The notes beneath the pieces are model-generated. The model saw only the letters and a list, made by a program, of their open reading frames with translations. It did no database searches and was not told where the DNA came from. From NCBI GenBank assembly GCA_038915165.1, contig JBCLDE010000004.1, forward strand, positions 1 through 55,345: a stretch of DNA of 55,345 nt. The letters run 5' to 3'. The position numbers and the translations under genes were made by a program. Below, one piece after another: positions 9,153 through 16,198 of this stretch; within the stretch, counting starts at the first letter, position 1, and each line of letters opens with the position of its first letter. Origin of the DNA: Candidatus Limnocylindrales bacterium. Lineage in GTDB: Bacteria > Chloroflexota > Limnocylindria > Limnocylindrales > CSP1-4.

Positions 9153-9920
9153 TCAGGCCATCGCCGCCTGCAGGCCCTCGATGCCGCGATAGAGCAGGTT
9201 GAGGCTCGCCACCAGCAGCAGGATAAGGACGGCCCGCTCGAGGGTGTGGGCGGGCAGCCTCCCGCGCAGCCAGAAGCCGATGCGCTGACCCGCCAACGAC
9301 GGGATGAGCAGGATCACGGCGAGCTCCACGATCCCCATCGTGTACTGGCCAAGCCCGGTCAGGACCACGTTGCGGATGAGCGACATGGCGAAGAAGACCG
9401 TCGAGATCGCGAGCACGAACTCGCCGCCGCGCAGACCGATCGCCACGAGATACGAGCCGAAGACGGGACCGCTCGCACCGAGGGTCCCGTTGGAGAGCCC
9501 ACCGACGAACCCGGCCACAGGGGCAAGGCGGCGTTCCGTCCGCGACCCAAGCGGAGACCGCCGTCCCCGCAGCTCGATGATAACGTCGAAGACCGTCAGC
9601 AGGCCAAGGGCCAGCGAGATCAGGTACCCGGGCAGGAAGACGAGGATCTGGGAGCCGATCGCCGTCCCCGCGAGCGCGGCCAGGATGAGGAGCCGGAGCC
9701 GCATGGCCGTCGCTCGGTGGGCCCGGAAGTGCCAGACCTGGAGACCACTCACGACCGGTGTCAGGAGGCTCAGGACGATGATCCCCTCCTTGGCGCCCAG
9801 GATCACGGCGAGGACGTTGACCGCCAGAAGGGCGAAGCCGAAGCCGATCGTCCCGTTGACGAAGGCGGCCCCGAACATGGACCCGACGAGAACGGACAGG
9901 ACGACGGGACTCAGGTCCAT
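9153..9920 (-). CDS. TauE/SafE (DUF81) family anion exporter
   Basis: 255-aa polytopic membrane protein with Gly-rich helices ('FVNGTIGFGFALLAV', 'GFVGGLSNGTLGASGP'). ORF-track start 10178 trimmed to ATG 9920 ('MDLSPVV'). Confidence 0.7.
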   Translation of the reverse strand: MDLSPVVLSVLVGSMFGAAFVNGTIGFGFALLAVNVLAVILGAKEGIIVLSLLTPVVSGLQVWHFRAHRATAMRLRLLILAALAGTAIGSQILVFLPGYLISLALGLLTVFDVIIELRGRRSPLGSRTERRLAPVAGFVGGLSNGTLGASGPVFGSYLVAIGLRGGEFVLAISTVFFAMSLIRNVVLTGLGQYTMGIVELAVILLIPSLAGQRIGFWLRGRLPAHTLERAVLILLLVASLNLLYRGIEGLQAAMA

Positions 9921-9954
9921 GGGACTCCATCGAGTTCGATCGGCGGGACGGGGG

Positions 9955-9988
9955 TGAGCGTCGCCTCGGCATGAGCGTCGCCTCGGCA
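9955..9988 (+). repeat. perfect tandem duplication, 2 x 17 nt (TGAGCGTCGCCTCGGCA)
   Basis: Copy 1 is at 9955..9971 and copy 2 at 9972..9988. The repeat directly abuts the candidate -35 hexamer at 9989. Confidence 0.9.
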
Positions 9989-10018
9989 TTGACCGGGACG
10001 CCCTGAAGCCGATAAGAT
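9989..10018 (+). promoter_or_regulatory. candidate sigma70-type promoter for the UbiD operon
   Basis: TTGACC (9989..9994), 18-nt spacer, TAAGAT (10013..10018). This would give a leader of about 140 nt before GTG 10168. Confidence 0.4.
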
Positions 10019-10167
10019 ACCGCTGCATACAGTGACGTTCACGCCGCCCCGACACGTCGGTGTCGACGCCGGATGTGGATACGGACCTGATGGACCGCGA
10101 CGGGTGCGTCCGCCCCGTCGGTCGGAGGCCCAGAGCGGTCCGGCCAGGTGGATTGGAGAGGACAGGC

Positions 10168-11664
10168 GTGGCGATCAACGATCAGCCGAGCGATCCCGTG
10201 ACAGGCCGTCTGGCCCCGTGGCGCGATACCCGCGAGTGGATCGCCCGTGCGCAGGAGCAGGGCGAGCTGCGGGTCGTCCGCGGTGCGAGCTGGCAGTCGG
10301 AGATTGGCGAGATCACCGAGATGCTCGACCACAACGAGAACTCTCCGGCTGTCCTGTTCGACGACATCCCCGGCTACCCGGCCGGCCGCCGCGTCATCGT
10401 CAACTGCAGCGGCAACCAGGCGCGCCAGGCGATCACGCTCAACCTCCCGCCCTCCGAGGCGAACCACGATGGCCTCTTCAAGTTCTGGCGCGGCGTCCTC
10501 GACGGCCTCACCCCGATCCCGCCGCGCGAGGTCGAGACCGGGCCGATCTTCGAGAACATCCTCGAGGGCGATGACGTCGACCTCGAGGCCTTCCCGGTGC
10601 CGATGTGGCATCCGCAGGACGGCGGCCGGTTCATCGGTACCGCCAGCATGAACATCCTCAAGGACCCCGACTCGGACTGGGTCAACCTCGGGACGTACCG
10701 GAACCAGGTCTTCAGCCGCAACGAGCTCGGCATCTACATCAGCCCGGGCAAGCACGGCAAGCTGATCCGCCAGAAGTACTTCGACCGCGGCCAGCCGTGC
10801 CCGATCGTCGTCGTCGTCGGCGCCGATCCGCTCCTGTTCATGTCGGCGTGCGCGGAGGGAATCCCCTACGGCGTGAGCGAGATGGCCTGGGCCGGCGGCG
10901 TGCGCGGCGAGGCGATCGACGTCGTCCGCGGCAAGCACACCGGTCTCCCCTTCCCCGCGACGGCCGAGATCGTCATCGAGGGCTGGATGTACCCGGACGA
11001 GACTCACCACGAGGGTCCGTACGGCGAGTGGATGGGCTACTACGCCAGCGGCGAGCACCAGACCCCGGTCATCCATGTCGCGGCGATCTACCACCGCACC
11101 GACCCGATCCTGCTTGGCTGCCCGCAGGGCAAGCCGCCGCACGAGGACAACCGCTTCCTCGCCTATCTCAAGTCGGCCCTCATCGAGACGCAGCTCCGGG
11201 CGGCCGGCGTGCCGGGGGTGACCGGCGTCTGGTGTCCGCCCGAGGCCGGCAACCGGATGATGACGGTGATCGCAGTCAACCAGGCCTACGCCGGTCACGC
11301 CACGCAGGCCCTCATGGTCGGCAGTCAGACCGGGACGTCGGCGTACGCGGGTCGGATTGCGATCGTCGTCGACCCCGACATCGACATCACGAGCCTCGAC
11401 GACGTCATGTGGGCGGTCATGACCCGCTGCGACCCGGACCGTGACATCACGATCATCCGGCGCGCCTGGAGCGGGCCGCTGGACTCGGCCATCCATCCCG
11501 ACCATCGCGGCTTCAACTCGCGGTTGCTCATCGACGCCACGATCCCCTGGGAGTGGCGCGAACGATTCGGCGTTGCGGTCGTGACCGCCGAGATGTCAAA
11601 GGCCACGAAGGATCGATGGGGCTGGATCCTCGACCCCGAGGCCAGCGAGACCGCCGGCCCCTAG
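10168..11664 (+). CDS. UbiD-family (prFMN-dependent) reversible decarboxylase
   Basis: About 500 aa with UbiD-like blocks 'FPVPMWHPQDGGRFIGT', 'NLGTYRNQV' and 'YISPGKHG'. GTG 10168 is preceded by 'GGAGAG' at a 7-nt spacing (the track begins at 10060). Confidence 0.85.
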   Translation: MAINDQPSDPVTGRLAPWRDTREWIARAQEQGELRVVRGASWQSEIGEITEMLDHNENSPAVLFDDIPGYPAGRRVIVNCSGNQARQAITLNLPPSEANHDGLFKFWRGVLDGLTPIPPREVETGPIFENILEGDDVDLEAFPVPMWHPQDGGRFIGTASMNILKDPDSDWVNLGTYRNQVFSRNELGIYISPGKHGKLIRQKYFDRGQPCPIVVVVGADPLLFMSACAEGIPYGVSEMAWAGGVRGEAIDVVRGKHTGLPFPATAEIVIEGWMYPDETHHEGPYGEWMGYYASGEHQTPVIHVAAIYHRTDPILLGCPQGKPPHEDNRFLAYLKSALIETQLRAAGVPGVTGVWCPPEAGNRMMTVIAVNQAYAGHATQALMVGSQTGTSAYAGRIAIVVDPDIDITSLDDVMWAVMTRCDPDRDITIIRRAWSGPLDSAIHPDHRGFNSRLLIDATIPWEWRERFGVAVVTAEMSKATKDRWGWILDPEASETAGP

Positions 11665-11772
11665 CCCGACCGGCCGAAGCCGGAGCCCAGACCAGGCGCG
11701 ACCAACGCGCGACCAACGGCGACCCAGCGCAACTCGTCATGCAAGCCCAATAGCAGGAGAACTGGACAACCA

Positions 11773-13158
11773 ATGGCAGACCAAGTCGATCTGATCGTCA
11801 AGAACGGCACCGTCGTCACCCCGGACGCCACCTTCAAGGCGGACCTCGCCGTCGACGGCGGGAAGTTCGTGGCCATCTCGGCTCCTGGCAACCTCGGCCT
11901 GACGGCCAAGGAGGAATACGACGCCTCCGGGAAGTACGTCATCCCCGGCGTCATCGACGGCCACGTCCACTTCCGCGAGCCGGGTCTCGAGTACAAGGAA
12001 GACTGGCGGACCGGTTCGACCGCGGCCGTCATGGGCGGTGTCACGACCGTCATCGACATGCCGAACACGAACCCGAAGACCGATACGGTCGCCGGCTTCG
12101 AGCTGAAGAAGAAGCTCGCCGAGGAGAAGTCGTACGTCGACTTCGGGATCATCGGCCTGCTCGTCCAGGACAGCGTGCCGGCCCTCAAGTCGCTGGCCGA
12201 GGCTGGCGTCGTCGGCTTCAAATGCTTCCTCGGCGAGACGATCGGCAACATCCCGGCGCCGGACGACGGCATGATGCTCGACGGTTTCCGTGAGATCGCC
12301 GAGACGGGGCTGCGGATCGGCTTCCACGCCGAGAACAACGAGATCATGCAGCACCTGATCCGCCAGATGAAGGCAGCCGGCCGGACTGACGCGCTCGCCC
12401 ACGTCGACTCGCGCCCGCCGCTCGCCGAGGTCGAGTCCATCCAGCGGATGGGTCTCTACGCGAAGCACGTCGGGACGAGGATCCACATCTTCCACCTGTC
12501 CTCGAAGGAAGGCCTCGACATGATCGAGGAGTGGCGCGCCAAGGGTGTCGACATCACCTGCGAGACCGGCGGCCATTACGTGTTCCTCAAGGCCGAGGAG
12601 ATGGCGACCCTCGGCTCGCGTCTTCGGATGAACCCGCCTGTCCGCTACGGCAGCGAGGGCCACGGCGACTACCTGCTCGAAGGCATCAACGACGGCCGCG
12701 TCTCGATGATCGCCACGGACCACTCCCCGCACACCGCGGAAGAGAAGCTCAACGACGACATCTGGAAGGCGATCTCCGGCTTCCCCGGCGTCGAGACGAG
12801 CGTCCGGTTCTTCCTGACCAACGGCGTCCACACCGGGCGGATGACGCTCCAGCAGTTCGTTCGGGCCACGTCCGAGGGACCTGCCAAGACCTGGGACATC
12901 TACCCGCAGAAGGGCACGATCGCCATCGGCTCCGACGGCGACCTGACCATCATCGATCTCGACAAGGAAGGCGTCATCCGCGATGACGACCTCCACAGCA
13001 AGAACCACATCACACCGTACGACGGCCGCAAGACGAAGGGCCAGCCAATCGCGACGATCATCCGCGGTCGGATCGTGATGCGCGACGGCGAGCTCGTCGG
13101 CGAGCCCGGCGGCCAGCTGGTTCGTCCGGTCGTCCAGACTGCTGCCGCCACGAAGTAG
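11773..13158 (+). CDS. cyclic amidohydrolase (dihydroorotase/allantoinase/hydantoinase class)
   Basis: 'GVIDGHVHFREPG' HxH metal motif, 'GGVTTVIDMPNTNP' and 'GFKCFLG' (carboxylated-Lys position). 461 aa. 'AGGAGA' SD-like sequence upstream. Confidence 0.85.
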   Translation: MADQVDLIVKNGTVVTPDATFKADLAVDGGKFVAISAPGNLGLTAKEEYDASGKYVIPGVIDGHVHFREPGLEYKEDWRTGSTAAVMGGVTTVIDMPNTNPKTDTVAGFELKKKLAEEKSYVDFGIIGLLVQDSVPALKSLAEAGVVGFKCFLGETIGNIPAPDDGMMLDGFREIAETGLRIGFHAENNEIMQHLIRQMKAAGRTDALAHVDSRPPLAEVESIQRMGLYAKHVGTRIHIFHLSSKEGLDMIEEWRAKGVDITCETGGHYVFLKAEEMATLGSRLRMNPPVRYGSEGHGDYLLEGINDGRVSMIATDHSPHTAEEKLNDDIWKAISGFPGVETSVRFFLTNGVHTGRMTLQQFVRATSEGPAKTWDIYPQKGTIAIGSDGDLTIIDLDKEGVIRDDDLHSKNHITPYDGRKTKGQPIATIIRGRIVMRDGELVGEPGGQLVRPVVQTAAATK

Positions 13159-13193
13159 CGGATCGCACCCCAACCCCGCTCCTCCTCCAGAGC

Positions 13194-13230
13194 AAAGAAG
13201 CCCGCTGCATCCGCGGCGGGCTTCTTCGTT
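13194..13230. terminator. bidirectional intrinsic terminator between convergent genes
   Basis: 11-bp perfect stem AAGAAGCCCGC (13194..13204) / GCGGGCTTCTT (13215..13225) with a 10-nt loop. It is followed by T-rich tracts on both strands (TTCTTCGTT on plus, TTCTTTGCT on minus). Confidence 0.6.
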
Positions 13231-13280
13231 GCGTCGCTATGGCCGTCGCGAAGGCTGCCGATGCGGCCTCGCGGCGAGGG

Positions 13281-13736
13281 TCAGCGGGAGGCGCCGATCG
13301 TGGCGGCCATGTTCTTCGCGAACTCACCCAAGATCTGGTCGGCCTTGCGTCGCATGACCGCCTGGCCGAACTCCCCGAGCTTGCCGAGGATCGAGGATTC
13401 GGTGTGGATGTGGATTTCCGTCTCCGTCTCGGAGCGCGGAACGAGGGTCAGCGTCGCGTGTGCGGAGACGGCGCTGTTGAGGCGCTTCTCGGCAGCCTGG
13501 ACGTCCATCCGCGAACGGAAGTTCTCGCGGTCCCGCTCGACGACGATGACCTTGCCGTTCAGCTTGACGCCGATCGGCCCGACCTTGACCTTGAGTGTGC
13601 CCAGAAACGTGTCGTCGTCGATCTTCTCGAACGACTCGACGCCGGGGACGCATGCGCTGACCGCCGGAATGTCCATGAGGAAGGCCCAGACCTTGTCCGG
13701 GGTCGCCTGCACGACGACCTTCTGATCGAGAATCAC
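13281..13736 (-). CDS. CoxG/SRPBCC-family protein (Mo-hydroxylase accessory subunit G-like)
   Basis: 151-aa ORF. Block 'QATPDKVWAFLMDIPAVSACVPGVESFEKIDDDTFLGTLKVKVGPI' is typical of CoxG-like SRPBCC proteins. Confidence 0.75.
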   Translation of the reverse strand: MILDQKVVVQATPDKVWAFLMDIPAVSACVPGVESFEKIDDDTFLGTLKVKVGPIGVKLNGKVIVVERDRENFRSRMDVQAAEKRLNSAVSAHATLTLVPRSETETEIHIHTESSILGKLGEFGQAVMRRKADQILGEFAKNMAATIGASR

Positions 13737-13760
13737 CCGCGTCGCTCCTTGTCCACAGTC

Positions 13761-13772
13761 ATTGCATACGGA
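13761..13772 (+). promoter_or_regulatory. second copy of the ATTGCATACGGA box in the CoxG/MFS divergent intergenic region
   Basis: Exact 12-nt match to 3383..3394 in an 85-nt divergent intergenic region. Confidence 0.35.
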
Positions 13773-13821
13773 AGTGTACTATGTCACCGATGAGTATCGC
13801 CCAGGCGGGGGACTGCCGTCC

Positions 13822-15168
13822 ATGAGCGACGTGCCGTCCCGTCCCCCGTCCGATTGGCGCCGTGGGTTCATCCTTCAGCTCGTCGTAACCGTCTTGGCCA
13901 CGACCGCGGCGAACGCGACCAAGCCGACGATGACGTATCGGGCACTCTCGCTTGGCGCATCGCCTCTCGAGATCGGGCTCATCCAGTCCGCCTTCTCCAT
14001 CGTGCCGGCGCTGACGGCGGTGGCGATCGGTCGCTGGATCGACCGCGTCGGTGAATCGCGGTATCTGATGTTGAGCCTGGGGGCACTCACCGCGGGCAGC
14101 CTGATCGCCGTCTTCGCGCCCGGGTTGCTCGTCCTGGGGCTGGCCCAGATCGCCCTCGGTTTCGGCCAGATCATCTACCTCGTGGCCGGTCAGTCGATGA
14201 TCGCCAACCACGGCTCCCGGGAGGGACGGGAGGCCCGCTTCGGGCACTACTCGACCTTCACCTCGCTGGGCCAACTGGCTGGTCCGGCCATCGCCGCCGC
14301 GATCCTCGGAGGTACGGTCGGGATGATCGTCATCGGCGGATCGACGATGTTGGCCAGCACAGGGACGCTGCCCGTTCCCCTGACGGCCGCGATCGCCACG
14401 AGTCTCATGCCGGAGAACCGCGAGGCAGGCGTCTTCCTCTTCTGCGCCACCGTGACCCTCGTCGCCAGCGCCATCGCCTTCCTCATCCCGAGCACGCCCC
14501 GCCGACCACAAGGCGACGCGTCGGGAACGCCCGGTACCGGGCAGCCGGGGATCCTTGCGGTGACCGGCCAGGTGCTCCGACGCTCGGGGATGATCTCGGC
14601 GATCTACGTCAGCGTCACCGTCATCTCCGCGGTCGATGTCCTGATCGCCTACATGCCGTTGTACGGCGAGGACGTGGGCCTCTCCATCGCCCTGGTTGGC
14701 ACCCTGCTGTCGGTCCGGGCCGGCGCCTCGCTCGTGTCGCGTTTCTTCATGTCCAGGCTCATCGGCTGGATCGGTCGCTCAAGGCTGCTCGCCCTCTCCA
14801 TGCTGCTGGCGGGTGGCGGCCTGTTCGTCATGCCGTTCGTGACCTCCCCGGTCGTCCTCGTCGCGATCATGGTGATCGTCGGGCTGGGCCTCGGCCTCGG
14901 GCAGCCGATGACCATCGCCTGGGTCGCCAATCGCTCACCGCGGAGCGAGCGGGCGACGGCACTCGGAGTGCGGATCACAGGGAATCGCGTTGCGCTGCTG
15001 GTCGTGCCGACGACGATGGGCGCGATCGCCGGATCGGCCGGGATCGCCGCGATCTTCGTCGTCATGGCGGTGTCGCTCGGGGTGGGCGCCGCGGTGGCGC
15101 TGACGACTTCGTTCGACGACGACGCCCTCGACCCTCCGACAGCCGCGACGACCGAGGCCGCCGTCTAG
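13822..15168 (+). CDS. MFS transporter
   Basis: 12-TM-type hydrophobic profile with MFS loop motif 'AIGRWIDRVGESR'. Start trimmed to ATG 13822. Confidence 0.8.
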   Translation: MSDVPSRPPSDWRRGFILQLVVTVLATTAANATKPTMTYRALSLGASPLEIGLIQSAFSIVPALTAVAIGRWIDRVGESRYLMLSLGALTAGSLIAVFAPGLLVLGLAQIALGFGQIIYLVAGQSMIANHGSREGREARFGHYSTFTSLGQLAGPAIAAAILGGTVGMIVIGGSTMLASTGTLPVPLTAAIATSLMPENREAGVFLFCATVTLVASAIAFLIPSTPRRPQGDASGTPGTGQPGILAVTGQVLRRSGMISAIYVSVTVISAVDVLIAYMPLYGEDVGLSIALVGTLLSVRAGASLVSRFFMSRLIGWIGRSRLLALSMLLAGGGLFVMPFVTSPVVLVAIMVIVGLGLGLGQPMTIAWVANRSPRSERATALGVRITGNRVALLVVPTTMGAIAGSAGIAAIFVVMAVSLGVGAAVALTTSFDDDALDPPTAATTEAAV

Positions 15169-15191
15169 CGCGCCGTCTAGCGCGCCGCCTA

Positions 15192-16089
15192 TCAGCGCGC
15201 CGCCCGTGCGGCCACGAGCTCCGCGAGCCGGTCGAGCGATTCCATGTCCGCGGTGCACGGCCGGAGGATGAACTCGTCGACACCCATCTCGGCCTGCCGG
15301 AGGATCGCCGCCTCGACCGCCGCCGGCGTGGTCGCGATCCCGCGCATCCGGCGCTCCGCGAGCTCCGGGTCGAAGCCGTAGTAGCTGCCGACATGCGCGC
15401 GGGCGGCTTCGTCGGTGTTCGGGCCCAGGGCGAAATAGCTGCCGCTGACCCAGCGCGGGCGTCCCTCGCGGCCGGCAGCAGCCCACGCCTCGAGGATCCG
15501 CTGCCACAGCTCGCGCATCCGGGCCGGCTCGCCTCCGCCCGGTGACATGAACCCGTCGCCCCAGGCGGCGATCCGCCGCGCGACGGCGTCGACGTAGCCG
15601 CCGACCAAGATCTCCGGACCGCCGGCCCGGACCGGTGTCGGGCCGATCGCACCGACCTCTTCACCGAGTGGCTCACCCGCCCACAGGCGCCGGAGGATCG
15701 GCAGCTGCTCGTCCAGGCGGCGGCCACGAGCCCGGAACGGGAACCCGGTCGCCGCGTAATCATCCTCGCGGATGCCGATCCCAAGGCCCAGCGTCAGGCG
15801 CCCCCCCGGACAACGAGTCGATCGAGGCCGCCTGGCGGGCCAGCAGGGTCGTCTCCCGGGTCGGACCGAGCAGGACGCTGGTCAGCAGCCGGATCCGCCC
15901 GGTCACCCCGATCGCTGCCGCGAGGGCGATCAACGGTTCCTGGGAGTCGTGCACCACGCGATCCGCGACGGCCAGGCTGGAGAACGGCCCCGCGTCGGCG
16001 CGTCGCGCCCAGTCGAGCAGGAAATCGCCGCTGACGCCGCCACCGCGCGGCAGCCCGATGCCGATCTCGATCTTCCGCCTGTCCGACAT
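15192..16089 (-). pseudogene. LLM-class (luciferase-like, F420/flavin-dependent) oxidoreductase, frameshifted in a G7 homopolymer
   Basis: The N-terminal part (ORF 15760..16209, from 'MSDRRKIEIGIGLP') and the C-terminal part (ORF 15192..15608, 'VGGYVDAVARR...') are in frames offset by 1. Removing one G from the minus-strand G7 run (plus-strand C7 at 15801..15807) gives a continuous 298-aa LLM reading '...SIDSLSGGRLTLGLGIGIREDDYAATGFPFRARGRRLDEQL...'. Confidence 0.8.
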
Positions 16090-16198
16090 CTGCGCGCCGC
16101 TCGCCTCCTGCCCGACGGAACGCCTGCATTGCTCGCCGCGCCATTGTAAGCTCCGAGATGCATTGGAACCCAGCTGATCACGGGTGAAGGAGAACGGG

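Noticed and set aside
15160-15183. Tandem 12-nt duplication GCCGTCTAGCGC x2 (with a degenerate third copy) spanning the MFS stop codon and the 23-nt gap to the convergent LLM gene.
   Set aside because: It is real in the sequence but tiny, lies in a convergent 3' gap and has no obvious structure. It is most simply a slippage scar, and I see no functional signal.
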